Source: a virus. From it: 64,000 bases of DNA. Each line of letters starts with the position of its first letter. Position 1 is the first letter of the stretch. The stretch is from the IMG/VR virus record IMGVR_UViG_3300033146_000946, positions 32,001-96,000 of that record. The stretch is one strand, 5' to 3'. Of the stretch, positions 40,724 to 52,246 are shown one piece after another. Both the position numbers and the translations under genes were made by a program. Under the pieces are notes generated by a model that saw nothing but the letters and a program-made list of their open reading frames with translations, did not search any database and was not told the origin of the DNA.

Positions 40724-42208
40724 ATGAATTATATATATAAATTATTTTCTAAATATTTTAATAAATATAAACAGAATGTACTTAATAGAATTAGCGGATT
40801 AGTTAGAGTAACTGATACTGAAGTTTTAGAAGTTAGTTTAGATGAATTATTTAAAATATTAGATATTATTAGTGGTAGACAAACAACTGAATTATATATT
40901 CCAAAATATAATAAATTTCCATCGAGTAAAGATTTTAATATATTATTAGAAAAAATGGATGTTGATTTTGATGTGTTATTTAATTCTAGTAAAATTGTTG
41001 TAACTGATGCACAAAATGTAGTTAATTTTGATGTTACTCAAAGAATAGGTATAATTAATCTTTTATCTAAAACGCAAGGTAATGTGTTTCAAAGTTATGT
41101 TCTATCTAAAAAAGGTATTAATGGAAATATAATTATTAAAGAAGATTTTAAAACTGATGATAAAAAAACATTATTATCTGCTAATTCAAATAATGTAGAT
41201 ATTGATACGGATTTAAATATTTTAACATTAAAAAAGAAAAATAATAAACCAATATTAAATAATACTGTTATAGATACTAGAAATGTAGATGTTGCATTTG
41301 CAGAACAACAAGATATAAACTATAAGTTATATCCAAATAATTTTGATTTAAAATTAGGATCTTTTTGGAATACTAAATCTTCTGGTGCACATTTTAATAA
41401 AAATTTAAATCCAGAACAATATAGACAAAATATAACGTCAGGATATAAAAATCCTAATGCTACAAAAAAATCTCATTCTGTAGAATTACCTAGTAGTTCT
41501 ATTTCATGGTTGCCAAAAGGACCAGGTTATATAGCTTCACCTAAAATAGATAGTTGTCAATTTGAATCTGTTATTACATATGATCCAGATAAAAATTTAG
41601 AAACTAAAATTGAAAATAAATTTTCTGAAAGTGAAGATATTCCTAAAAATTCAATTTTTATAGATAGACAAATTTCTATAAATGGTAAATATATTTCAAC
41701 ATTAGATACATATCCTAATTCAAAAATAATTATAAAAATACCTTTTGAGGAAAATGCTACTTTATCTAATGGATTATATATAACATTAAATCCAAATGAT
41801 CATAATGAATTACCAAATTTAAATGCTAATGAAAGTTATATTATATCTACTAAAAATGAAAAAGTCGGAATTTATTCAGTATCAAATGATACTAAAGAAG
41901 ATACTAATATAACAGACAAATTATATAGCGTTACTTTTCATAAACCTATTATTCCAGCTATGATAAAATTAGTATTTGAATATGATAAAATATCTGGATG
42001 GGCACAAGTCCAATATTGGATGAGTAATTGGGAATTAGAAATATTAAAATCTTTAGATATTAATGTATATGTAGATGAAGAAGAAAATCCAGATACTGTC
42101 CATGTTGATTTTAATAGAAAAGTTAATATACTAATTGATGATATAAGTGATGATATATCTGAAAGAAATAAAGCTTTATCATTAGTTATATCTGAAGGAG
42201 TTGAATAA
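40724..42208 (+). CDS. Virion structural protein (paralogous family)
   Basis: PSSKDFN..MDVDFDVLF, then EDF..VDIDTDLNILTL. Confidence 0.55.
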   Translation: MNYIYKLFSKYFNKYKQNVLNRISGLVRVTDTEVLEVSLDELFKILDIISGRQTTELYIPKYNKFPSSKDFNILLEKMDVDFDVLFNSSKIVVTDAQNVVNFDVTQRIGIINLLSKTQGNVFQSYVLSKKGINGNIIIKEDFKTDDKKTLLSANSNNVDIDTDLNILTLKKKNNKPILNNTVIDTRNVDVAFAEQQDINYKLYPNNFDLKLGSFWNTKSSGAHFNKNLNPEQYRQNITSGYKNPNATKKSHSVELPSSSISWLPKGPGYIASPKIDSCQFESVITYDPDKNLETKIENKFSESEDIPKNSIFIDRQISINGKYISTLDTYPNSKIIIKIPFEENATLSNGLYITLNPNDHNELPNLNANESYIISTKNEKVGIYSVSNDTKEDTNITDKLYSVTFHKPIIPAMIKLVFEYDKISGWAQVQYWMSNWELEILKSLDINVYVDEEENPDTVHVDFNRKVNILIDDISDDISERNKALSLVISEGVE

Positions 42209-43912
42209 ATGTTAGTAGATATTTATGCTAATAAAAATAATGCATCTATAGCTGTAACGGATGGTTATTTAATATTACCTGTATTTAATTGGGGCGGATT
42301 TGCTAGTTCACCATATTTATCTCTTTTTCCATATATCCATGGTAAAAATAATAAACAAGCAACAACTCATACTGAATATTTAAATAAATTTAGTAATAAT
42401 AAAGAAAAATATGAATATAATTTATATTTAGATTATATAAAAAAAGATGATATAGAACCTGATAAAAATATCTATGATTTGAGTGAAAAAGCTAAACATA
42501 TAGAATTAAAATTACCATTTATATTTCCTATGTTTTTAAATAATGGAATACAAAATAGTATATTTAATAGTACTGTTGATTTCTTTTCTAATCATAGTAA
42601 TAATTATTATCGAAAGCCATTTTTTAAAACATATAATCCAGATGCAAATACTATTTTTAATAGTAATAGTTATCAAGATAGTACATTTGCTAATACTAAG
42701 CAAATTAATCATAATATGCAATATTGTATAATTAATGGCGATTTATTACAACAATATTTGGAAGTATTTGATACCATGCTTTATATGTATTCTTGTTATG
42801 GTGATGCTTTTTTAAATAAATTTTATTTAAAAACAGATAGATCTAATTGGGATGATCAAAATCCTATATTATATCCAGATGATTATAATAGAAATGATGG
42901 AATTACTACTAAACCATATTTAAATACTGGAAAAGAATTTAATTTAATGTTAAGTAGATCAAATTTTAAAGGTGAAATATTAACAAAAATGGTAGTATCA
43001 GATAAATTAAAAATTCATTTTGATAATTTAAAATTAATATCTATGGCTACTCCTGGTAATGATTATATAATTATTACATATAATGCTATTATTGACATAC
43101 ATTATTGTTATAATTTAACAGGACATTCGGAATATCCTACGTTTAATGCATATACTTTAGATTTTATAATGTATGTTGACGAAATATTAATAGAGATTGA
43201 TGATTGGAAATTAGATTTCGATTTAAAATCTGAATGGATTTCATATGTTTTAAATTTACTCACTGAAGCACCTTGGGATCATTATTTAATTAACGTTCCA
43301 ATGATTACTAAATTTAGATTAATAGATAATAGATTAGCATTAGTAGATGCTGCTTGTCCAATTCAAACAATAATAAATGCTGAAACTCGTGTAGAACAAA
43401 TACCTGGTATAAATGATATGATGTTTATTCGTGCTCCTTTTAGAATGATGTATTCATATCATTCACATCATGATAAATTAAAACCTATATATTCTAATGG
43501 TAAAAGTAGTAGTGTATATGATGCTAAAAATGACAATATAGTTATGGCTATGTGGTTAAATAATAGTGCTGATACTGAATATAAATTTGATACAATTGAT
43601 GCTGATGATCCATATGATCTAACGGGTTTTATTGGAGTTATATTAGCGACTTATTCAGCAAATGATTCATTTGAAAGAAAAAATCCATCTCTATTTAAAA
43701 TAGAAGTTATATATGTAGATCCTATTAAAGATATGACTTTAATTTATCATAATGAACATTTATATTTATCATATGTTGATAAATGGAATATGTTTTATGT
43801 TGTTAAATTAACATATTTAAATAATGGACAATATGATGTTTCACCATCTTTTATTAAAAGTGACGTATTAGATTTTGATGTTATAGGAGTTAAAAATGGT
43901 AAACTTGGATAA
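42209..43912 (+). CDS. Hypothetical protein in structural operon
   Basis: 567-aa ORF abutting its neighbours. No motif recognised. Confidence 0.5.
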   Translation: MLVDIYANKNNASIAVTDGYLILPVFNWGGFASSPYLSLFPYIHGKNNKQATTHTEYLNKFSNNKEKYEYNLYLDYIKKDDIEPDKNIYDLSEKAKHIELKLPFIFPMFLNNGIQNSIFNSTVDFFSNHSNNYYRKPFFKTYNPDANTIFNSNSYQDSTFANTKQINHNMQYCIINGDLLQQYLEVFDTMLYMYSCYGDAFLNKFYLKTDRSNWDDQNPILYPDDYNRNDGITTKPYLNTGKEFNLMLSRSNFKGEILTKMVVSDKLKIHFDNLKLISMATPGNDYIIITYNAIIDIHYCYNLTGHSEYPTFNAYTLDFIMYVDEILIEIDDWKLDFDLKSEWISYVLNLLTEAPWDHYLINVPMITKFRLIDNRLALVDAACPIQTIINAETRVEQIPGINDMMFIRAPFRMMYSYHSHHDKLKPIYSNGKSSSVYDAKNDNIVMAMWLNNSADTEYKFDTIDADDPYDLTGFIGVILATYSANDSFERKNPSLFKIEVIYVDPIKDMTLIYHNEHLYLSYVDKWNMFYVVKLTYLNNGQYDVSPSFIKSDVLDFDVIGVKNGKLG

Positions 43913-45704
43913 TTGTTTAATAATTTATTACGGTGATAAAAGTAAGAATTATATTCATATTTTATCAGATGATGGAACTACTCAAGATTATGAAATATCA
44001 GAGGTTTATGATAATTTAATAACTATGGATAATGTTACTTATCTTGATTATTGTTGCAATATGTATGATTTTGATACAAAAATGAAAAAGTATGATAAAA
44101 TATCTGTTTATAGTTTATTATCATATCATTCTAAAAAAGTATATTTACAAAAATATTATTATAAACATTATTATGCTGTTAATGAAGCAGTTTCATCTTA
44201 TATATTAGATGATCATTCATTTAAATATAATAATAATTCTGATTCATTAGTAGATTGGGAATCATTTATGCAAATAACAGCATCATGTAAAGATAGTAGT
44301 ATGTATAGTACGATTTTATATGAAGACGGTGATAAAACTGTTAAAATATTTGGACCAGATCCTAGCACATATTATGATATAACTAATATTGTTATTCACT
44401 ATGCAAAGATTGAATATAAAAAAATTTCTATGGAAGTATGGAAAATAATAATATATGAACATGCTAGTGATATAGATGTCGAATTAATTGGATATATAAA
44501 TGGTAAAAAAGTAGATTCAAAAAAATCTTCAAATAATACATATTTAACTTATAATTATAGTTATAATATGTCAGTTGCTTTTATAGTTGGAGACGATTTT
44601 GATAAATATTTTGGATCTACTTTAGATATAGATTTAGAAATTATTATAAAATATAAAAATGTAAAACTTGAATCTAAAACTATTTCAACATCATTAACAC
44701 CAGTACAACCAGCAAAAGATACTTTAAAATTAACTACATATGATGGTACAAATGTTACTACTGATTGGTATATTATTCCAAATCATAAATATAGAACTAA
44801 AGTCTATTATACATTTACTAATGATCCCAAAATTAAAAATATAGTTAATATTTTAGATTCTAATAATAATATTATTAAATCTTCAATAGAAATGACATCT
44901 ATATATTCTAGTAAATTTTTTAGATTAGATAATGATATTAAAATAGGTGAAGAATATAAATTACAATTAACGCAAAAAACTAATTTAATTGTAGATAAAT
45001 CAAATATTACTAATTCATTTAAAATTATAGATGCTTTCATGGGTTATAATCTATATGGTGTAAATTTTAAAGCAATTATTAAAGATAAAAATAGTAATGA
45101 TATTGATTACATTTATTATACAAATCCAGGATTATCTGAATTTTCAGCTGGTGCTATTAAAAAAACATTAAGTAATGGTAATGTTAAATTACATGCATCT
45201 TTTAAAATTAATAAACCAGAAAAAATATATATGGATAATAAATTTATAACTACAGTAAATTCTTATATTTCACCACATAATATGTATTTAATTTCTATGA
45301 AAAAAGACGAAACATTCTATACTACTTTTCATACAGAAATTACAAAAACAAAATACACAAAAAATTTATTTAGAGATAAAAATAATGTTTATAAATATCA
45401 ATCTATGTCAGCTAGTATTGGTGAATATTTAATAAAATTAGCAAATGATAAACATTTATTTGATTCTAATATAGAAATAGAAGGAGCAGTTGGTGTTAAA
45501 AAAGTAATTACTACTACTAATGATCTTTTAGATACTACTAAAATTCATGAAATTGAAAATGAAATATTTACTAATGGGGAATATAAAACATTTCTTATAT
45601 TTGAAACTAAATTAGATGACATAAAAAGTTATACTACTTATGAATTAACATTTATAGAAACTAGATCAGATTATATAACTCAATTCGATATAACAGAAGG
45701 TTAA
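43896..45704 (+). CDS. Hypothetical protein in structural operon
   Basis: 602-aa ORF with AGGAG RBS. Beta-rich. Confidence 0.5.
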   Translation: MVNLDNCLIIYYGDKSKNYIHILSDDGTTQDYEISEVYDNLITMDNVTYLDYCCNMYDFDTKMKKYDKISVYSLLSYHSKKVYLQKYYYKHYYAVNEAVSSYILDDHSFKYNNNSDSLVDWESFMQITASCKDSSMYSTILYEDGDKTVKIFGPDPSTYYDITNIVIHYAKIEYKKISMEVWKIIIYEHASDIDVELIGYINGKKVDSKKSSNNTYLTYNYSYNMSVAFIVGDDFDKYFGSTLDIDLEIIIKYKNVKLESKTISTSLTPVQPAKDTLKLTTYDGTNVTTDWYIIPNHKYRTKVYYTFTNDPKIKNIVNILDSNNNIIKSSIEMTSIYSSKFFRLDNDIKIGEEYKLQLTQKTNLIVDKSNITNSFKIIDAFMGYNLYGVNFKAIIKDKNSNDIDYIYYTNPGLSEFSAGAIKKTLSNGNVKLHASFKINKPEKIYMDNKFITTVNSYISPHNMYLISMKKDETFYTTFHTEITKTKYTKNLFRDKNNVYKYQSMSASIGEYLIKLANDKHLFDSNIEIEGAVGVKKVITTTNDLLDTTKIHEIENEIFTNGEYKTFLIFETKLDDIKSYTTYELTFIETRSDYITQFDITEG

Positions 45705-45707
45705 AAT

Positions 45708-47114
45708 ATGAGCTTAATAAGAATTAATACTACAGGTTTACCTGATTATACTTTTACTATTACATCTGGTTGGACTGAATCTGGTCATGCTAAATTTAAT
45801 GTTGTATCTGATAAGATTATCGATAATGATATACTTATACAGGTAGTATTTTATGACGCATCATTAACTATTACTGATTCTGAATTAATTATTTTATTTG
45901 ATGATTTATATAATGGAACAAATAATAGTTCTTTTATAACTGAACGATTATATTATAGTCAATATGAAAGTGATGGTACTAGTAAATTTGATAAAGATAT
46001 AGATATATATTTTAAATCTAGTGAGAATACACATCATAAATTTTCATATTTAGTTAGATTTATTGGTGAAGAATATGAAGATATATTTGATCCAAATGTT
46101 GATACTCATACTACTTTATATTTATCTAACCCATATCAACCATATCTTTCCAATTTTGTTAGCGATACATCAGAATCTTTAATTACTGCACAAGTAGTTA
46201 ACGCATCTGAAACAACAACTGATTTAGAATTAACTATTGATCATAATTCACCATTAGTAAATTTAACAAAAAGTAATTCTAAATATCAATTATATATAAC
46301 ATCTTATGATGAAACAACTGGAAATGATATTAAATCATATGGTATAAATAAAGCGACATATCCTTTAGGTACTATTCCATCTGAAAATAATATTACAGAT
46401 GAAACTATTACAATAACATTACCATTTACATATGAAAAAGATGATAAATTTAATTTTATTATTTATAAAATTAGATTAAGATATGTAGATCAAACAGGAA
46501 ATATTACTACTAAATATATAACATTTGATACAAAAAAAATTAAAATTTTTAATGATGTAATTGATAGTGGAAAAATTACAGATAAAGAATTAAGTTATAA
46601 TTTAGTATTAGGTGAATCATTTTTAATAGATGATAATTTAACAACTAAACATAGAATGATTGTTGATATAGAAGATGTATGTTTGGTATCTAATAAATTC
46701 GAATCATCAGGTAGATATGTTTCAAAATATTATTATTTTGATTCTCCATTATATACTGTTATGTTGAAAGTTGATGAAATCTTACCATATAATATATCTG
46801 TTAATTCAATTAAATATTATATTCAATTTGGTGAAAATGATGAAATACAAATATCACCTTTGAATAGAGATCAAGAATTTGATGGAGAAGGAAATTTAAT
46901 TCCAAAATTATTAATATTAGATAAATTGGATATTAAACGATTATCTAGTAATATAAAAGAATTAGAATATTCTTCTAGTTATTCATTTAGAGTTATTATA
47001 GAATTTGATGTTACTACTATAGATGGTACAGATTTAGGTGATTATTTTTTACCACCATTTTTAAACTCATATGAATGTCATGTATCTGATAAAAATTCAT
47101 TTTTAAGGATTTAA
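45708..47114 (+). CDS. Virion structural protein
   Basis: SGRYVSKYYYF..IKYYIQF..IQISP..FRVIIEF..PPFLNSY C-terminal module. Confidence 0.55.
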   Translation: MSLIRINTTGLPDYTFTITSGWTESGHAKFNVVSDKIIDNDILIQVVFYDASLTITDSELIILFDDLYNGTNNSSFITERLYYSQYESDGTSKFDKDIDIYFKSSENTHHKFSYLVRFIGEEYEDIFDPNVDTHTTLYLSNPYQPYLSNFVSDTSESLITAQVVNASETTTDLELTIDHNSPLVNLTKSNSKYQLYITSYDETTGNDIKSYGINKATYPLGTIPSENNITDETITITLPFTYEKDDKFNFIIYKIRLRYVDQTGNITTKYITFDTKKIKIFNDVIDSGKITDKELSYNLVLGESFLIDDNLTTKHRMIVDIEDVCLVSNKFESSGRYVSKYYYFDSPLYTVMLKVDEILPYNISVNSIKYYIQFGENDEIQISPLNRDQEFDGEGNLIPKLLILDKLDIKRLSSNIKELEYSSSYSFRVIIEFDVTTIDGTDLGDYFLPPFLNSYECHVSDKNSFLRI

Positions 47115-47117
47115 TTT

Positions 47118-50100
47118 ATGAACACAAAAAAAGAATTATTATATAATTTATTATTTAAACAAACTATAACTGGTGAAATAGATTATCCTAGAATTCCACC
47201 TAAAAGTGATTTATATAAATTAATAGATTTAAAAAATATTGATGATGTTAAACCATTATTAAATTTAGAATTATTTGATGAATTAAATTTTGATACATTA
47301 AATACTGCTTTTAAATCAGTAGTAGATGATTTTAATTTATTATATTCTTCAATCAATAAACAATCTATGGATGTAATGAATCAATTAACTAATTCATTAA
47401 AAGAATATAGAGGTATAACTAGATCATTAAATAGAATAAATCAATCAGCAGTAGATATTATAAATGGTAGAGCTGATATCAATAAATATACATATAAATA
47501 TACCGAAACATTTACTAATGCTGATAATATTAATGAATTTTTATCTACTAAAGATAGTTCAACTAAATTACCAGTAATAGATATTGAATCTGGTACAATG
47601 TATATACCATCAAATACTTTAAATTTAATAGATTTACATCATTATTATGGTACAAAGTTAAATGTTAGATTTTCTAATTATAATGGTATGATTACAAAAA
47701 CAAAAGTTTTATCTAATTATGATATGAGTATTATTTTAGATCCATTATTACACCCAGATGATAAATATGTTTATTACGTAGAAACTAATAAACCTACACC
47801 ATTAACTATGTCATTTGTTATTCAATTAAATCCAGATTCATCAAAATCTGAAATATCAGGAGTAGCTTTTTCTATTGATTCAGCTGTGACAGGTGGATAT
47901 CTAAGATTAGATTATAAAGATGAAACAGGTTGGAAACCTTTTAATTATGCTATAAAACAATTAACACCAGGATTAGATGATTATGCTATAACATTATCAG
48001 ATGTAATTAATACTTCACATATTAGATTTTCTATTATTAAAGAATTTCCAGATGAATTAAAAAATTTAGGTTATTATTTATCTATCAAAAACATATCTAT
48101 TTATAAAAGTACAACTAGTAAAACTGCTGTATTAGTTTCAAAAAGTACTGAAATAAAATCTTATGGTTTTGAAGATACAATTATTGGAACTATTGGTGCT
48201 AAAATAAAAGGAATATTACCACAAAATTGTTATGCTAATATATATGTTTCATCTGATAAAGTTATTCATGCTCATTTTGAAGATATTCATGGTGATTACG
48301 TTGATCCTAAATCTCTTAATAAATTTAGATTAGTTGATACTAAAACTGATGAATTAACAAAAGATAAAAGATTTGTATTATTATCAGATTTAATAGGAAA
48401 TGAACATTTAGAAGGTGTATCAAAATATAATAATCTAGCGTTCGATTGGCAAATTATCAAATCATTTGAAAGTGATAATTTAAAACCTGATATGGTTACA
48501 TTAATTAATATTGGTCAAAAAGATCCATATGATAATAGTATTGCTAATACTAGAGATGTATTATTTGGTGATAGATATTATAATGATATATTATCTGGTA
48601 CATATCCGCAAGATGATTTTCCTCCTCCATTTTCATTAGATGATTGGTTTATGAGTGGTATAATAAATGAATCAAATCCAGATTGGCATAATATAGAATA
48701 TTTAGTAGATGCTGATCCTCATTTATATGGTACTGATTATGGTGATCCTGTTTATGGTTTTCCTTGGAATTGGTTTTATAAACGTAAAAAGAGACATTTA
48801 AAATTTAATGATTTTATTGCTATGATTCCTGGTTGGTGGAGACCTGACTCATCATTAGTTACGCCATCTGGTATATTAAATGAATATGGTGAAATAGATA
48901 AAAGTATAGTAGATACTGTTACTTTTCCATATCCAGATTTTTATATTAATGGTATTAAATTTTATAAAATTTTTAGATTTGATAGAAATTCTGAAGTATT
49001 AGGTTCTGATATGAGAATTTATACATATCAAACTAAACCAGTTAATGGTGTTACTACTAATGATAAAGAAGATTATTATCCTCATAATATGAAATGGGTT
49101 TTTACTTCTAAATATACACCAGTTAGAGCAGTACAAGAAGCTATACCAACTGTATCAGGTTATGCTGATGATCCTCATAAAATAACTGGAAAAGTAAAAG
49201 TTGATATTCCAGATAATGCTAAATATATTGATAGTAGTATAAAAAATGTACATTATAAAGATGATAATCTTTATCTAGATGAAATACGACAATATAAAAT
49301 AATTAAGGATAATGATAAGGATGTTTTTATAGATCTATCTCCTTTAGAAAATAGTGATTTATTAATTGAAGATCATCCATTAGCATTTGAATATGCTTAT
49401 AATTTAATTGATAATTATACATCTTATTGGGATGGTTATATTATAGTTGATGATGAAACTGTTGATATAACTTTAAAACAATCATATGCTTATACAAATC
49501 AAATTAATAAATATAATGTTGTTAATAAATATAAAATTATTAATGTTGATACAGATGAGGTAATAACAAAAAATGATGATGTTAATAATAAAGATTATAA
49601 TATGTTAGATGAGAGTGTTAAAACTATCACTCTAGATAGGGGTATCTATGAATTTAAAATTCATTGTTTAACAGAAAAAGATAATGCTTATCCTGCAAAT
49701 AAATGGTCACCAAACTCTTCTGATTTTATAAAGGTAACTGGAAATGCTAGAATCGTTGCAGATATTAAGCCATTACATATAGTCACATTAGAAACATTAT
49801 TATATTCTACTACTTATGAAAATGATTATAGATGTGCTGTAATTACAGATAGTGATTATACTAATTATGTAATAGTCAAAGAACCATCAAAAAATATTGT
49901 ACCTGGTTATTATTTTGATTCGGAAGGATCTTATTATAATAAATTAGATGAACATCAAATACAAAATATTGGACACTATAAAAGAAGATGGTATGGTGCA
50001 CAAACTAATATAATTGAAACATATTATACTGGTTCAAAAATTGATACTATTATGAGTGGATATTATTATGATAATACGTCTTATGAAGTAGATTATAAAT

Positions 50101-50426
50101 GGAATAAAGGTAAAACTTATGACCAACATTATAAAAATACTTATGATAAATTATATCCGCAACATTCTACATTTGGAGTTCCTATTAATGTTGATGAGCC
50201 AATAACAAATGTATTAAATTCAGGATATCTATTTCATAATACTTCAGAAAATTTACCATCATTTTATACAGCTGAATATGGTTTAGTTGATAGAGATAAT
50301 GTTGCAGGTAACAGATTTTTATATAAAATAGAATTAATTAGTGAAGATGAACAATTGACACCAGTATTAGATGAAATAGAATTTTCTATTAATCCTAAAA
50401 TAGAGGAGTTATTATATGAGACCTAA
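47118..50426 (+). CDS. Large virion structural protein (paralogous family)
   Basis: LNTAFKSVVDDFNLLY, ETF..IDIESGTMYIP, and C-terminal YKIELIS..LTPVLDEIEF. Confidence 0.55.
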   Translation: MNTKKELLYNLLFKQTITGEIDYPRIPPKSDLYKLIDLKNIDDVKPLLNLELFDELNFDTLNTAFKSVVDDFNLLYSSINKQSMDVMNQLTNSLKEYRGITRSLNRINQSAVDIINGRADINKYTYKYTETFTNADNINEFLSTKDSSTKLPVIDIESGTMYIPSNTLNLIDLHHYYGTKLNVRFSNYNGMITKTKVLSNYDMSIILDPLLHPDDKYVYYVETNKPTPLTMSFVIQLNPDSSKSEISGVAFSIDSAVTGGYLRLDYKDETGWKPFNYAIKQLTPGLDDYAITLSDVINTSHIRFSIIKEFPDELKNLGYYLSIKNISIYKSTTSKTAVLVSKSTEIKSYGFEDTIIGTIGAKIKGILPQNCYANIYVSSDKVIHAHFEDIHGDYVDPKSLNKFRLVDTKTDELTKDKRFVLLSDLIGNEHLEGVSKYNNLAFDWQIIKSFESDNLKPDMVTLINIGQKDPYDNSIANTRDVLFGDRYYNDILSGTYPQDDFPPPFSLDDWFMSGIINESNPDWHNIEYLVDADPHLYGTDYGDPVYGFPWNWFYKRKKRHLKFNDFIAMIPGWWRPDSSLVTPSGILNEYGEIDKSIVDTVTFPYPDFYINGIKFYKIFRFDRNSEVLGSDMRIYTYQTKPVNGVTTNDKEDYYPHNMKWVFTSKYTPVRAVQEAIPTVSGYADDPHKITGKVKVDIPDNAKYIDSSIKNVHYKDDNLYLDEIRQYKIIKDNDKDVFIDLSPLENSDLLIEDHPLAFEYAYNLIDNYTSYWDGYIIVDDETVDITLKQSYAYTNQINKYNVVNKYKIINVDTDEVITKNDDVNNKDYNMLDESVKTITLDRGIYEFKIHCLTEKDNAYPANKWSPNSSDFIKVTGNARIVADIKPLHIVTLETLLYSTTYENDYRCAVITDSDYTNYVIVKEPSKNIVPGYYFDSEGSYYNKLDEHQIQNIGHYKRRWYGAQTNIIETYYTGSKIDTIMSGYYYDNTSYEVDYKWNKGKTYDQHYKNTYDKLYPQHSTFGVPINVDEPITNVLNSGYLFHNTSENLPSFYTAEYGLVDRDNVAGNRFLYKIELISEDEQLTPVLDEIEFSINPKIEELLYET

Positions 50427-50703
50427 TTATCCATTAATATCATTTGAATTAAATGATATGTTCCAAGATTTATATTATAAATTAGTTTATATATTGGGAT
50501 ATGATAATGAAGAAAATGAAACAACTTATACTGGTAAATATGATAAAATCGAAATTAATTTACGAGAATCAGTATATAAAATAATTAATCAACTTGATTC
50601 GTATGAAACTAGTTTAGTATTATATAAAGGTACAACACAAGAAATTCCATTGTTTTCAAAATGGAATAAATATATAATCATAAATGAACTTAGGAGTTTA
50701 TAA
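50416..50703 (+). CDS. Small structural protein
   Basis: PLISFELNDMFQDLY resembles the N-termini of the paralogous family. GAGGAG RBS. Confidence 0.5.
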   Translation: MRPNYPLISFELNDMFQDLYYKLVYILGYDNEENETTYTGKYDKIEINLRESVYKIINQLDSYETSLVLYKGTTQEIPLFSKWNKYIIINELRSL

Positions 50704-51890
50704 TGAAAATAAATGATAAAAAAAGTTTATCAGTTTATCCATTAATTGAAAATATAGAATATTCTGAACCAATTAGTAGTGAAAAATTAAATAAACAATT
50801 TCAATCTTTAAAAGAATCTGTTTTAAGATCTTTAATAAGAACGCAAGAAATTAATACATCATTAAATATCTTTGAACAAGCTGTAGTAGCGCAAGGAACA
50901 GCGTTAGGTAATCAATATAATAGTTTATTATATAAAGATAATACTAATTCATATATAACAGCATATGATGATATAATGGTTGATGAAAATAATATAAATC
51001 ACGATACAGCTTATGGTTATATAACATTAAATACTGTTGCGCATTATAGTAAAATTCCTAGATTAGAAAAATATAATGGTAAAGTTTCACCACAAGTTAA
51101 GATATTTATTAATTATCAAGAACAAGAAATAGATAGTGGACCATATTATACTTTAGATAATAGTTTAAATACAGTATGGTTTGACACATTTGCTCCTGAT
51201 TCAGAAGTTAGATTTGAAATACAATTACCACCTTCATTAACTAAACGATTTAATTATATTAGACTAGATCCATTTCCAATATTTGGATTTAATATTACAA
51301 AAATAACATATCAAGATTTATATGGAAATTATCATGATATAAATGAAGATATATATGGTACACACGATCCTTTATTAAATAATAAAGCATATCCAACTAA
51401 GATATTTACATCTCCTAAAGAATTTAATGGAACTTTAATTATATATGGAAAAACTGATAGTACAGGTTATTTTGGATTTAGTAATATTGATATAGGTTTT
51501 ATGGATTTTGATAATACAACTACTGAAGTTTTTGTTGAATATAATATATATGAAAAAGATAATAGTACTACTAGATCTCTTAAATTAGAAACGTGTGTAT
51601 TAGATTATTATTTTGATGCAAAAGATGCTAAATCGTTATTAAATAATACTAATCCTGTACTAGAAGCTAGATTAATATCTGGAACTAAACAATGTGTTAA
51701 TAATAGTTGCACTATAGTTCCTGGTGCAGTCGATATTAAATTAGATATATCTGCTAATCAAATAATAGATATTAATAAGACAATAATATTAAGTCCTAAT
51801 CAACGACTTTATTTAAAGTTAAGAATTAAAGAACATAATATGACAACCCCTGTATTTAGAGGTTCTAAATTAAAATATGAGAAGGTTTAA
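50703..51890 (+). CDS. Virion structural protein (paralogous family)
   Basis: PISSEKLNKQFQSL, DTAYGYITL, and C-terminal LYLKLRI..TTPVF. Confidence 0.55.
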   Translation: MKINDKKSLSVYPLIENIEYSEPISSEKLNKQFQSLKESVLRSLIRTQEINTSLNIFEQAVVAQGTALGNQYNSLLYKDNTNSYITAYDDIMVDENNINHDTAYGYITLNTVAHYSKIPRLEKYNGKVSPQVKIFINYQEQEIDSGPYYTLDNSLNTVWFDTFAPDSEVRFEIQLPPSLTKRFNYIRLDPFPIFGFNITKITYQDLYGNYHDINEDIYGTHDPLLNNKAYPTKIFTSPKEFNGTLIIYGKTDSTGYFGFSNIDIGFMDFDNTTTEVFVEYNIYEKDNSTTRSLKLETCVLDYYFDAKDAKSLLNNTNPVLEARLISGTKQCVNNSCTIVPGAVDIKLDISANQIIDINKTIILSPNQRLYLKLRIKEHNMTTPVFRGSKLKYEKV

Positions 51891-51892
51891 TT

Positions 51893-52246
51893 ATGAATAT
51901 AGTAGAAATGGAAAATAGAATTCTTGAATTAGAAACTGGATTAAGAAAAGTGCAAAATCAAGTAAATTCATTAGAACGTGAATTAGGAAAATATGCAACA
52001 CAAGGTCATTTAAAAACCTCAGAAGCTAATACAAAAAATCTTATTAATAAAAATAGTATGATGATAAATAATTTGGAACAGAGATTGGAAACAATCTCCA
52101 TTCCAGATGATACAAGATATTATTTAGAAGCAACTGAGATAGAAGATTTTAGAAGTAATTATAAACGATTGATAGCTTTAATGGCTGATGCAGAAAAGAT
52201 GTATCAAGCGTTAATTACTTATGTTAGTCAGTTTGAGCTAAAGTAA
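51893..52246 (+). CDS. Small coiled-coil protein
   Basis: Heptad pattern MENRILELETGLRKVQNQVNSLE. Last gene of the + strand operon. Confidence 0.55.
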   Translation: MNIVEMENRILELETGLRKVQNQVNSLERELGKYATQGHLKTSEANTKNLINKNSMMINNLEQRLETISIPDDTRYYLEATEIEDFRSNYKRLIALMADAEKMYQALITYVSQFELK

